From Promethearchaeota archaeon (GTDB lineage: Archaea > Asgardarchaeota > Heimdallarchaeia > Hodarchaeales > Hodarchaeaceae): a stretch of 64,000 bases of DNA. The stretch lies in assembly GCA_048938105.1 (NCBI GenBank), contig JBHLMN010000001.1, positions 1 to 64,000 on the forward strand, read 5' to 3'. Shown here one piece after another: positions 42,077 through 57,000 of this stretch (position 1 is the stretch's first letter; each line of letters opens with the position of its first letter). Made by a program: the position numbers and the translations under genes. The notes beneath the pieces were generated by a model. That model did no database searches and was not told where the DNA came from. It was given only the letters and a program-made list of their open reading frames with translations.

Positions 42077-45000
42077 TATTCAATGAACTCCTGCTTGTAC
42101 TTCCTTCGGAATAATAACATTACTCGTGTAAAAAAGTTACGAGTATTTTCCATTTCCTTTTGCACAACTTTGACATCTGCTTGGCTTGCCATCAATTCAC
42201 GGATCTTTCGTATATTTTCTAGTAATTCGTTTAAGAATTTATTAATATTCTCAAGATTACCAAAGGGAGGTCTAATTACAAAGCAGATTGAAAGATTCTC
42301 TTGACCTCCACGGGCTTCAGGATCAGGAACAGCAAAAGCATACCCAAATACGGTACATCGCTCGCCACCAACTTGAAAGCGGAAAGTGGCATGTTTATCT
42401 TCTTCTGGTTTAGCAACAAATCCTAAGGTTGAAAATGATCTATCTGCAAGCGAAGCAAGCATTGCTTCAGATGTACGCATTTTATCTGGGAAAACAATAA
42501 TTGGTACTGGACCTTTTACTTGATCAAAGAAGTTAGCTACTAAACCAATTGAAATATTGTCATTCTGTTCCCAAACTTCATTATCAGCGACTTTAACCAA
42601 ATCATCCATTATTTTACCCTTGTCAAAGCCGCGAATAGTGCGCAGCCGCTGAACAGTTATGTATGCGAAAGCAAGAAGAATAACAATTATCAATAGAATA
42701 ACAAAAGGATTACTAATAAGCTCAAACGATGCTGGTGGTATGGCAAAACCTTCTGGGGATAAACCCGCTAAGAATTTACTTAATTCTGAATTCGTGATTA
42801 TGCGCTCATTTCCTTCAGAATCTGTTAAACTCAATTTAAACTGAACTGTATTTGAGCTTAAAAAGTCAAGAATGGTGAATTTCTTAGTAAAGGTCTTCTT
42901 ATACAAATAATTTGGACTTTGAAGTAGAGATCCCCCACTCCCACCAGATAAGACTTCATCCAAACTCACTGGTACCCCCTTACCTTTGATATAATAATAA
43001 AGGGTTGCATTATCTATCTGTGCTCCATTGTCTCCTACTTCGATTTCAATGGAAAACTCTCCAAATGGATTATATTTGAAGACACAATCAACTAATTGGG
43101 GACCAGCCTCATCAGTTATTAGAATTGATCCTTTTATTATTCCAGAATTTCCAAAGTTATCAGTTACATTCAGCTGATATTTAACTGTTGCCCCTACATC
43201 AAAGATAGAATTAAACCAAAATTCTCTGGTTGTACCGTTGATTTCACGATAATTCATATTGTGAGGTTCCATCCAAGAGCTAGTAGTAGGATCAAAGAAG
43301 CGAATACTGGCTGTTTCTAGTCCTGACCAGAAATCTGAAGCATTAATTGCAATAGTGAGATTCCCATCACTACTATCGTCATAACGCAATTCAAGAAAAG
43401 CAATTTTAGGAGCAAGACTATCAAAAACTAATTTAGTTGGAAATTCGTAGGAAACAGTATTACCACGTTTATCCTTGATTTGAATTGTATAATTTAACCT
43501 AGCATTATAATAAAAATTGTCACGCACACTAGTTGTATCAGTTGATATAACAATGAAGTAGAATAACCCAGAACTGGTGTTTGTAAAAAGATCCAATGTT
43601 ACTCGCCTCCCTGGGCGGGGGGAGCGCTCAATAGTTAACCATGCAGTAACCTCCTCTATCCCACTACCAAAGTACTTCTCTGGCTTATCATCAGTTACCA
43701 TCACTCCAATACCAAGAGTTCCATCACCAAAATCAATTAATGTTTGTTCTAATAATATTGGCGCTAGAGTATCATACCAGGAAATAGAAACAAATGGATT
43801 AACTTCCTTAATAACAGAGTAGGCTCCTGTCAAACCTGTAATGGGATCATAAGCATCAATAATCTGATACGTATGATTAATAGAATACATCTCATGATCA
43901 GAAAAGAATTTTAATGTTCGATTTACTTCAGCAATCTCTGGTACCATCTCACCGTCCTTCGTTAAGTTGTAGATGAGATTAGTAACGGCTTTATGATCAC
44001 TTTCATATTCAGCAATAAGTGAAATGGTTATTGATTCTCCAGGTTGGAAGATAGTTTCATCGGGGAATTTTATAATAATTCTATCCCAACTAAGACTAAG
44101 GAAGGGAACATCTTCAGTTGTTGATAAAACTTGGAACCCGAGACGTGTCTCATTCACACTAAGACCCCATTTATCAGAAACAATGTCTTCTATCAGAAAA
44201 AGAGCATCCCCAGGTTCATCTTGATAAAGTATTGGGAGGGTAACTGGAACACTTACGTTCCAATATTGTGGTGCTAATGAAATATTCTGATAATAATCAT
44301 GAAGAACTGTAATAACTCCATTAAAGGGTGTATTATCGTATTCATAGTAAGCTTGGATCTGTACAGAACCATGAGTATTTACATTGAAACGTAACAATGA
44401 TCCCCAAGGTTCAGCGAGTGATATGCGGAAGATAACACGATCCCAGATGATCTCAACTCTAATATCTCTAGCTTTTGTAGTTATATGTTCAAAAACTGTT
44501 ATTCCAAATTTCTGATCCTTAAATCCATCTTTTGTAATGTTAAACATGACTTTATTGACAGTATGAGTTATTCCCTCAAATTTAATTCTGTGGTTAACCC
44601 ATACATTATTAGAGGTCTCAGCTGCGGAAACATTATCACGAATAGTAAGTAAAACACCATCCAGTGGAATGGAAAAATCATGTGCGTAAAAAGCTTCAAC
44701 ATGAATTTTACATGAGGTTAGCTGAGGGATGCGAGAATCGGCAGCCCACATACGAACTTGAAACTTAGTCCAAATCACTGTCGCCTTATAATCTGCGTCT
44801 GCAGTCTCATTGATATATGAAAAAACTGATCCAGGATACTCGTATTCCTCTGGATAGGATGAATAGAAGCGATAGGCCTTGTTTGAACCTTCATTCATTT
44901 CATCAGCTATTCTAACATCTAAATTAACTTTAATAACTTCGGAAAATTTGAGTTGAATGTTTATCTGTCCATCAGCGTCATCTATATTTTCCATTTCGTC

Positions 45001-48000
45001 AATGATTTTAATGATTCCAACTTTGGTAGTTCCATTGTGAAAAGTACTAGTTATATTACCACTTCCGTCCGAATGATCAATGGAGAATGGATTTAAGGAG
45101 ACCCATTGACCACCAAGGAACTGCCACAGTTCAATATTAATATTGAAAATTACTCCCCCTGTTTTTACTAATGAAGCTTTGCTAGACCTGTAAATTTGAG
45201 CAGAATATGTCAAATCATACATTCCATTAACATTGAGTACAGAATTGTTATCGTCTTCTGTATTATCATCAACAGCCTCAGTTGTTGCTTGTATTTTGGC
45301 CCATTCAAGGTAAAAACGCCAAGGGGCAAGAGAAAACTGTTTTTCACTATTTCCTTCAGCATAAGCAATGAAGGGACGGCTAGGAGATAATCTATCTGAT
45401 TTTACAGTTATATTTACGAACTCTGACTCATCTGGAGAATACCACAATGTATCTGTAGCATTCCAAGGGGTATGATCCCAGAAGATCGTAACTTTATCAG
45501 TAGTTGGAATTTTTCCAGGAACTTCTAATTTGTAGATTTTGAAACAAACAGTAATTTCATCGCCTACTGAAAGTCGGAAGGTATAATCAAGAGTAGCATT
45601 CACCTCGGTAAAGTTGAATCTACCATAGGGAGTAATAATCCATTCTAATCCTAATAAAGTTACAAAGTCTTTACTTTCCAAGTCAACTTTTGAATTTGTG
45701 ACATTATGTCCAAATTTATCGTTAATTGTAAGAATTAAATTAATGAAATTCAGACCTAGTTCACTGGCTTGAATTGAATCTAACACAAATTCAATAATAT
45801 ACTTACCTGGGGTCGGGGGATCTTGGAAATCGAACCAATCAACTATATTATCCAATGATACATTCTCATTTGCAGATTCCACGTTTATAAGATCCATCCA
45901 AACGAAGTTAGATGCATTTAGGGTGGTAACTGGAGAAATCGTCCCATTGCTATCTTGGACAGTGAAAGTAATATAAAAGGTTGTACGATCATCAGGATCA
46001 AATTCGTGAAGGTCGGAACCAACTCGTGTTGTTTCAATAGTATTAATGGTCATCTGCAAATCATGTCCCTGTATGTATGTTTCACCCCACTCATATAACT
46101 CTGAGATCGGATTCTGGATTCTGAAACGGACAAGGATGTCTCCTACCCAAGATTTCGGAGTAATATCATCAGTAAGAGTAAAATCAAAGAAATAATTACC
46201 TAGTGATGTACTATCATTGTTATCAATCAAATAGGTCAAATCTTGGCCCTTGATGATGAGACACTGCAAATCGGAATTGTCAATAAGATCATAGCTTTTA
46301 TCACCCTTATCCTCAGTTACAGTAAAGTTCACTAAAAAGTAGAAATCACCGTCAACTTCAAATACACGTAAGGATTCTGGTATACTTGCATCTATCACGA
46401 TATCATGATAAATAACAATTCCAGCTGGTTTTTCAGCCGCACTGGTGTTCGATTCGACAACATACTGATAGATACCAGTACCCAATGTCCAAACAAAATC
46501 AAGATCCTTTGAGCCTGTATCAAGATGCTGAGGGAGTTGAATAGTAATGTTATGATATCCATTACCTAAGTGTTCCGCTCCGAGAAAGGTGGCCTGGGTT
46601 TCATTTACCGTGAAAATAATATTTTCTATCGCTAAATTGCCAGTATAAGGAGAATAGTCTTTTTCAAGATACAAGGTGACATTCATAATATCATTGTCTG
46701 TGTTATCAGTTTCAATAATCTCAACATTATCCTCTTCATACTTTATTTCAAGATCATGGTAAATTACGACATCGCTTTTCTGATAGTCAATTTCTACCTC
46801 AATGTTTGAGTCAAGAATAGCCCAAATAAGGCGAAGTTGCTCCCCAAAAGTCGCGCCAATAGTTAAATTTTCTATTGCCGACCTTCCTGGTAAACTAATG
46901 GCTAATGTAAAGTTATGTTCATCAGTAGGAGCCCATATTAAAGAATTAATAGGCATAGAAGTACCAGCAATTTGAACAACGAACTGTGTTTCATTAACCC
47001 GACGATCTATGATGTTATTAGATTTGTTAATTATTTTATTATCATATTCTATCCCAATAATAATATCCCAAACGCCTGGATCGTCAATTTCGACATGTTT
47101 AGGAATATTGTGCTTTAATACAAAGAAACTGAGTGTGTGATAGGTTATTGTCGCATTATACTTAATAGAGTTGTGTACATTATCATAGACCTCTAATTCA
47201 ATAAGGACATTTTGACTGGGAGTGATGTCATTGAATGCAGAATTATTATTCACAGTCCAGTCAGCAAAATCTTCTGATATTATGTTTTGAAAATGATTGC
47301 CTGAAAGGTCTCTAATGGTGATATTTTGTACATCAGAACCAGCATCGAAAGCTTGGCCTGATAAACTAATATTCCCATTCTGATGTAATACCGTATTATC
47401 AAAATATACTGGTTTAGTGTTATCAAATTGAATTGTGATACTTGTTTGATTTGTGTTACCAACGTGGTCATAAGCGGTCAAAGTTAATGTGATAATACCA
47501 TCAGTATCATTTTCTATACCAAAAATAGTACCATCTCCATCCTTACCCAAATCCACTCCCATACGATCAGGACTCCCAGTACTAACCCAATCTAAATACA
47601 CTGTATAAATACCGCTCTTAGGATAGGGACCGTTGGGAAGATCCAAGGGAGCTGATGATATCATGAATCCTGATGTTAAAACACCTTGGTCATACCAATT
47701 ACTATCATTATCCAACTCAGTGCCAATCACATCATAAATGGGATCAGTAACATCAGTAAAGTGGATTGTAGGAGGTGTAGTATCCTTAATCACATGTAAT
47801 CTGACAATATAGGCATTGTAAACATTATCTATTATTGTGAAATCTATGGTGGCTGTAGTATCATCTGAAGTAGACAATGTATAAGTACGTGAATAGTAGA
47901 TTGTTGTGGAAGTAACTTCCTGTACTCCTTCAGTACCAATTCCTGGAAAAGTAATGTTCGCGATTCCTGCAAAAACGGAGCCAGGATCAGTAGCGTTCAA

Positions 48001-51000
48001 TGTAATATTGACAGGAACAGCAGACAATCCCATATTGTCAGAATACCAAAGTTCAGGAATGAAACCATTAGTATTATAGGACTCAAGATCTTGTGTTTCA
48101 TGAACAAATAATGATTCAGGAGTTTCTTCAATGCTGATAATGAATCCTTTGGGTTTGGTGTTGTCTCTTCTCACTTCCAAGGATGTGGAGGCAGAATTAC
48201 CACAATTATCAAAACTCGTGAAAGTCATGAACCCGGAACTAGAACTAGCATTAGAAATATAATAAGTTTGAGTGGGATTGGTCGTATTAAAAACAGTTGT
48301 ATTAAAGAATGTAGGAAATCTTATTCTGTACAGCCCCGAATCAGAGGGAAAAGTACTATCATTTGTAGTGACAGTAATCTGGAAATCAATGTCGAATGGC
48401 ATTCTATTACTGTACCAGAGGATTTGAGTCCCATCTTTCAAATAATGAGTATAATCGGTATGTTCATCAATAGCCATTTTTGCTAAATCAATCTTTGGAG
48501 GATCATTATCACGATGACAAATCAAATTGATTGGGAATGTGTTACCAACGTTGTCATACAAAGTTAATTCTAATTGTCCTTCAGTAGCATAATCAGATTT
48601 CGAAATAAAATAAGTTAACCAGTAATAATCAGAATAATCGTTATCAAAGACACCACTATTATTGAAATCGTCCTCACCCACTATTTTTTGTAAACTAGCC
48701 CCAACCACATTATCTGAAGCTGTGACGCTAATGGAGAAACTAACACTGAAAACCTGATCATTAGAGTAATAGAATTCCCCAGAAGTACTATTGTAATATA
48801 AATGTGGAGATGATTCAACAACTTCTTCTATACTCCCACTAGGCGCCACATTATCTTCAATACAAGTTAAATCAATGGAATTGTTATTTCCAACGCGATC
48901 GTAGAGCCAGATACGAATATAACCATTTGAAACTGGATCACCCAAATCGACAGTATAGTTCAATTGATAATAATTCTGAGGTAAGTAACTAGGGTCACCC
49001 GAAATAGGATCATTGAAATCTGCTTCTCCAGTAGCGTTAAATCGGCCAGCACCACCAGTATCACTACCTGTTATTTGAATAGTGAATTGATCACTCATTG
49101 GTTGATCGTTTGAGAAATAAAACTTTTTAGAACTGTCATTATAGTAGAGATAGGGAGAAGTCTCAACAACTGTATTTATGCTTATAGAAGGTTTTGTATT
49201 ATCTTTCTGTAATGTTAATGTGGTAGATCTAGAGTTCATAACTTGGTCATAGACAGTTATTGTGATCTGGTCTTCAGGGGCAGTTTCATCCTTCATTACA
49301 GTATAATCAACCAAGTAATATCCTTGAGAATAATCTGAGGATGATGGGGAGTCAGTAAATGCCATACTACCATCGACACGCATTAATCCACTAATCAGGT
49401 CATTAGATGTTATATTAATACTGAATTGCTCATCCTGAGAGCTATGCCAATTGGAATAGTATAATGTCGTTCCTGAATAGTAAAGTAAGAAACTATCTTT
49501 AATGATACCCTCAATAGTGACAAATTCTGGTCTATCATCATCGAGAATGCAACTAAGATTTATATTTTTACTGTTTCCTACATTATCAAATACTGTGAGG
49601 GTAATTTTACCACCTGAGGCAGATTCACCCGTACCCACATTATATGTCAAGTTATAGAAACCACCAGATTCTTTAAAACTACTAGCAAATTCATTAAAGT
49701 CAAAACTCCCTGTGACATTCTGAATTCCGCTTGATGATTCAATTGCAGTCAAATAAATGATGAAGGGGTCATTCATTGACTGATCACTTGAATAATACAA
49801 TGTTCCATCATAATACAGATAGTCTGAGAATGAATCGTCAACATTCACAATTGTTAGAGGATCAGGGGGATCATTATCATTAGCAAGGGGTAATGAGTCA
49901 GTAGCGCTGTTTCCAACTAGATCATAACCAGTTATAGTGATGCTAGCTCCCTCTAAATCATCTTTATCTACAAAATAATACAAGCTATAATAACCTGCAG
50001 TATAATCAGTAGAAGAATCAGTTTCAAGGAAGGCAGTTCCAGTCGCGTTGACTCGCCCACTCCCACTTCCATCGTCAACTGTCACACGAACTTCAAACAA
50101 TTCGTGCATTCCTACATGATAATTAGAATAATAGAGCATTGTGTTACCAACATTATATAGAAACTCCGATGACTCAATAACACTCATAATATCAACAACA
50201 GGGTCAGTTACATCTTGTACAACTTGAACAAGAGATTCAACGTTACTAGTGCGATTTGACGCATCAACAGCATAAGCTTGAACCCAAATCCCATTGGTAG
50301 TTAAGCTGTTGACCCAAAAGACAGCTGTGTCAACGACATCTTGACTTGCGACAGCCCCAGAATCAAAATCCTCAAAATGTACAAAACCCCCAGTCATTCC
50401 ACTTCCGCTATCGACTGCATTAACTGTAACGTTAAATCCAGCGTGGGAATTCCCCATCTTGTCACTGAAGTATAATTTTTTGTCAGCTGCATTTGCATAT
50501 ATTGTCCAGCTTAAATTCAATTCAGTAATTGTTGAAAGGGAGATTTCTGGAACATATTCGTCCACAAATAACCACATCTGAGTCCAGCTACTGTACCATT
50601 CTGTACTGTCTTTAGCTCTAATGAAGATGCTACGATTGCCCTCTGTACCGAAATCATAATTTATGAGTTTGTTTGAGAGATAATAATTATTCCCATCATT
50701 TGACCACTGAAGATCAGCGAAATTATATACTTGTATGATAGCATTCTGATCACTATAAATGCTAATTTGATCCAGTGGAGCAACAGATGTATAATTGAAA
50801 TTTAGGATGAAATCTGTTCCATCCCAGTCATAGATAGTAGTATCCGAAATATATTGTTCATTACCTAAAACAGAAGCTGTAGCGATAGCAGGACCGTTCT
50901 TTGTTAGGAGAAAATTGAAACCTGATGTCCCTGGAATATAATTATGAGTGAAAACATTTCCTGCTTCATCTGTTACTCTCAGGTCTATTGTATTCGGACC

Positions 51001-54000
51001 ATTAAAGAGCGTATCAATCCAATTCAATATTTGCCAATCATCAGTAAAATCGATTAAAGATGGATCGGATGAATAATCAAAAATTGTGTACCATCCACTA
51101 CCATCATCTGTCTGATACTCAGCGCTGAAAAGACCACTAAAGAACGATGGTGATCCTAATCCGCTAACATCAAAATCAATATCAAAATAAATACTTGCAT
51201 TGTCATTGATGCTATAATACACATCAGTTGTTTTTCCTGCTTCAAGGAGTTCATCGTCCCCTCCTAGAAATATTATCCAATTATAGGAGATACTAGGATC
51301 AGTATCGTCGTGCCAAACCTGAACACTATACTTATTTCTATTTCCAACTCGATCTGAAACATAAACTGTCAGTGTGACATTTGCATTATCTATGGTTGTT
51401 ATATTGAAGGTATTACGCCATGTATTACCACCAGGAGCTTCATTAACAAATGATTGATTGGGAGAACCGATATAACTGGAAATTACTTCATCAAATTCAG
51501 TAAAAGCATAGGAGTTCGTGTCGATTCCACTTTTATAGGTACCTCCATTATCAAAAACGTTTCCTCCAAATAGCGAGACCCCTCCATCTGTTTTATTCCA
51601 TACTTTACTGTCTGGATATTCAATAGTAATGGTTGGAGGAGTGTTATCCACAATACAGCTGAGATTTATGGTGTTGTAATTTCCTACATGATCAAAAACT
51701 TTGATTACGATTTTCTCATCGTCCCCTACATCTTCATCATAACTTACAATATATGAAAGATTGTATCCATTAGAATAACTAAGATCAAAGCCAAATTCAC
51801 CAAAATCTAAGCTGCCTGTAGCATTTTGAAGCATTGAAATAGGATCACTAGCCAAAATAATGACATAAAACTCCGAATCTAATCCAATAGTATCATTTGA
51901 ATAAAACAAACCTATTCCTGGTTCATAATAGAGATTAACAGCATTTTCTCCAACTGATTCAATAGCTAGACCTGAAGGTGGAGTATTATCCAATGTACAA
52001 GGTAAGCTTGTCGTTTTAGAATTCCCAACACGATCAAAGAAGTAAATTGACACACTTCCTTCGCTTGCATATCCCCCATAATCAACATAATACTCTAATT
52101 CATAATAAGTAGTGTAATCAGTGTCACCAACATCAAAACTGTTAAAATCATCCTCACCAGTGGCATTCAACTTCCCAGCACCACCTGAATCACTACCGAT
52201 GACTCGGATAGTGAATTTCTCATGCATGCCAATGGTATGGTTAGAATAATAAAGGACTCCTCCAGAGTAATGAAGGTATTCACTGTCCTCTATGACTGTC
52301 TGGATAGCAACATAAGGTTCAGTTATATCCAAGAATGCATTAGTTTTGTTGCTTGCGTAGTTTCCAACCTTGTCATAGACGTAGAATCGAATTTCGTTAT
52401 CCGAAGCAGTCTCACCAGAATTAACATAATAAACCAATGAATATCCCCATGATGGAAGGTATTCTGTAGAGTTATGTTGTTCGTTAAAATCAATTGATCC
52501 ATTAACACTTCGTAACCCCGCACCAGTACCGTCAGATGCTGTTATATTAATCCTAACAGGATCATTCATAGGATTTTGGTTATTGTAGAAAAGAGTATTC
52601 GTAGATGTAGCATAATATAGATAATATGAGTTATAAACTTGGACAGAGTCTATATGGATAAACGTTGGGGCAATGTTGTCCTCTATACAGGTTAAATTGA
52701 GTTCAAGATAATTACCAACACGATCATAAAGCTTAATTGTAACATTCTCGTCTGATACGCCGTCATTCTCATCTATTGTATATACTAATTCATAATAGGT
52801 CGAATAATCAGTATCCCCGACTCCTGAGTCTAAAAACTCATATTCTCCAGTTGCATTAAGACGACCTGATTGGTTAATCCCTACGTCAGTACTAGTAACA
52901 CGAATAGTAAAACTATCACTCATGCCTTGATTATTGCTGAAATAGAACCTCTCAGTACCATCATTATAAAACAGGTGAGGGGAGGATTCAATTATTGTAT
53001 CTATATCCCCAGTAGGGGCAGTATTATCTAATCTGCAAACCAAATTAATTGATTCGTTATTACCAACACGATCAAAGATGAATAGCTGGATATATCCCTT
53101 GGTAGCAATGTTTCCTGGATCAACCGTATAATCTAGCTCATAATAATTCCCAGGGAGGTAACTAATGTCACCTGGTTTTGGATCGCCAAAATCGGGTTCA
53201 CCAGTCGCGTTCAATCGGCCAGCATCATCATCAATGCATGTGATTCGAATGGTGAAACTTTCACTCATTGTGGGATTCTGGTTAGAGTAATATAACTCCT
53301 TAGAGGATCCATTGTAATACAAGAAATCAGAGGATTCAATTACATCAAGAATACTCAAGCTATGCGGGCTAAAATTATCTTTGGTGCAATTTACAGGTCT
53401 TGACTCATAATTATTCACATTATCGTAGACTGTTACGCTAAATTGTGTTGGAGAGGTTTCTTCATAAGAAACAGTATAACTAATCAGATAATAGTCATTA
53501 GTATAGTCAGAACTGGATGGTTGTTCCCCAAAAGCCGTACCCCCTTTTACAATCAATCTACCACTTGCTAAATCTTCACAGGTAATATTTACGTTAAAAA
53601 CTTCATTTTGCAAAGTTCTATAGTTTGAATAGAACAGTATAGTCCCATCATAGTAAAGGAATTCACTACTTTCAATAATACCTTCTATCTGAATTTGGGC
53701 TGGAGGATCATCATCTAGAATTGCAGAGAGTTCATAATTATTATTGATATTCCCCACACGATCATAAACAGTGATTATTATCTTATTATCTACCCCCGCA
53801 GTTTCAGACTCACTGACAGTATATTGGATCCAAAACTGGCCTGTGCTATTTGTAGTTGTAAATGGTGTGGTCTCACCAAAGTCACTTGACCCAGTAACAT
53901 TTTTCACACCGCTACTCCGTTCAGTCACATTCAGCTGTAATGTGAATTCATCATTCATGCTTTGGTCAGATGAATAAAAGAAAATCTTCTTAGTCTCATC

Positions 54001-57000
54001 ATAATATAAGTAATCACTATTTTCTTCGAGATGATGTAAGACAACTAAGACTGGAGGATCATTATCTAGGACACTGGTTAAATTAACTGTAGCGCTGTTC
54101 CCTACACGATCATAAACCCATATGATTGTCTCATTGTTCGTTGCATTTTCTGATTGACCAATATTATAATGCAATACATAATTTGAGACATAATCACTAT
54201 CTGATACACCCACGTCTCCAAAATCATTTTCTCCTGTAGCATTGAAAAGCCCTACACCAGACCCGTCATGGGCTGTCACAAAAATACTAAACTGTTCGTT
54301 CATTTCCTGATCATTAGAGTAATAAAGAGTGTGATTTTGTAGCGTTATGTTATAATAGAGGTATTCAGAAGAGTAGGTGTCCACATATTCAATCGTTAAT
54401 GACTTCGGCGGTGTATCATCTAAATTTACTTGAAGAGTATATTCATTACTGTTGTTAACACGGTCGTAAATTGTTATAGTAATACCTCCTGAAGTTCCCT
54501 CACCTGTATCAATAACATAGGGTAATTGATAATAATTTTCGGGTGTATAACTCAAATCAGAAGGAGTTGAGCCAAATTCTAATGATCCTGTCGCCTTGTG
54601 CAAGCCACTTTGAGAATCGCTAGTTGTAATCCTTATAGTGAATGAATCGCTCATTGTTTGGTCACTAGAATACCAAAGTATCTTTGTACTTGAATTATAA
54701 TAGATATTACAAGATGATTCTATGATTCCAATGATAGTAGGTTGTGCGGGAGGAGTTGCATCATTAACACAAGTCAAGTAAAAAGTTTCATTATTTCCTA
54801 CATTATCATATACATTTATAGAAAGAAGGTTATTGCTAGCGCTCTCTCCTGCTTCAATACCATATTGTAAGGAGAAATATCCGTCTGAGGAGGTGGTATT
54901 ATGCTGTTCTCCAAAATCGTAAGACCCATTACCACTAAATAAGCCACTATGAATATCCTTCGCAGAAATCTTTAATGTGAAAATTTGGGGAGATATAATG
55001 CTTGGATCATTGGAGTAGTATAAAGTAGTACCAGTATAATGAATAAAAACACTGTCTTCTGTAAGCTCAGAAAATGCCAGATTCTTTGGACCAGTATTAT
55101 CCAAATACAGGTAGAATGAGGTAGTATTTGAATTCGCAACGTTATCCCACACCTTTATGGTGACTGAACCATTGTGTGCTCCATTCAGGGCTGTATAACT
55201 ATAATTCCAAAAGTCTAATGCATAATTTGTATCATATCCCCCTGAACTAAATCCAGCACCGATATCGGGGAATGAAGCATTACGAAGACCTGCACCCCCA
55301 GTATCAACTGAAGTAACCTTTACCGTAAACTTTCGAGGCCCTTTATCAGTACGAACATTAGAGTACCATAAGATCGCTGTGGTTCCACTAACATAATGGA
55401 GGTATTCAGCTAGCAAATCCTCTGTAATCTCATGAATATTGACACTGGAGGGGCCTTCATTGTCAGATACGTAAGGTACATCAACTTGACGTGAATTATT
55501 AACACGATCAATGAGAAAGATACGAATGAATCCAGTAGTGTATTGTTCTGAGTCTAGAGAATCAATTTCATAATCAAAGCTCCAATATGTCCCATAATTC
55601 GGACTAAATGTACTTCCAAATGCATTTTCGGATATTATCCGATGAACTCCCACTCCTCCGCCATCACTTGCTGTACCATTAATTGTCATGGTTTGCACAG
55701 AAAGCATATTAGCACTAAAGAAGAACTGAGTCCCATCATCATGGAGATAATCACTTTCATGGTCATTAAAGAATAAACTAGTCTTGTGTGGTGGAGTATG
55801 ATCTACATAAATTGGAAGAGAAGTAGAATTTTTATTTCCTACTTTATCATATGTCTCAATTACTATTGAAGTGCCATTAAAAGCAGTATCACCAGGATCA
55901 ATTGAGTAAGTCAATACATATTGATAAGATGTAGTACTAGGAGATTCCCCAAAGTATAAACTACCATTAGCAAGTAATCTTCCCGATTCAGAGGATGGTT
56001 CAGTGTTATTTATGTAAATTGAGAATGTTTCACTTGAAAGGGAAAGTGTACTAACATACAAAGTTAAACTCCCTGAATCATTTTTCAGATAGATATAATT
56101 TGACCCCTCAATAACTTGATCAATAAATACATCCTGAGGGGCTTTATTATCTAAAGTTGCGGTTAAATTAACAGTATTCCAGTTTCCACACAAGTCATAA
56201 ACAGTATAAACCACTTTTCCTTCAGTAGCATAATCAGATTGACTAATTATATAGCTAAGTTCATAATAACCCTTTGGAAGGTAATTAATATCATTAATGT
56301 TGGTATCGTTAAATTCATTTTCTTCTCCTGTAGCGTTTTTCAGTCCCACCTTTGCGTCTGCAGCTGTTATCCTAATAGAAAACGATTCATCCTGAGGTTG
56401 ATCATTACTATAAAACAGAATTTTGCGTGACACATCATAATAGATGAATGGACTTGTTTCAATAACATTTGTAATTAGAAGACTGCTAGGTGGATCATTG
56501 TCTTCTAGACATAATAATTTCACAATTTCGTTATTCCCTACTTGATCAAAGACCCATATTGTGATATTTGTCGTAATCGGCTCTAATTCATTTATATTAA
56601 TCTGATATGTTAAATTGTACCCCTCATCATAAGTGGTATCCAGTCTTACTGTTTCTCCGAATTTAGCTTCTCCAGTAGCGTTTAATAGCCCAGCTCCTGT
56701 CCCATCATCGGCAGTTACTTGAATTGTAAAGTCTGCAAACATAACCTGATCGTCCGAATAATACAGCCTCTTGGTTCCTGTTGAATTATAATAAAGATGT
56801 TCGGTTGTTGTATATACATAATAAATTACTGGAGTGGGAGGATTATTGTCAAGTTTGACTGTTAGATAAGAAGTTTCATTGTTTCCAACTAAATCATACC
56901 CTGTTATTGCTACACTACCTCCTTCGAATTCGTTATAGTCTACCCAATACGTGAGTTGGTAATAATTATTCGAGTAGTCAGAAGAAGTATCTTGATCGTT

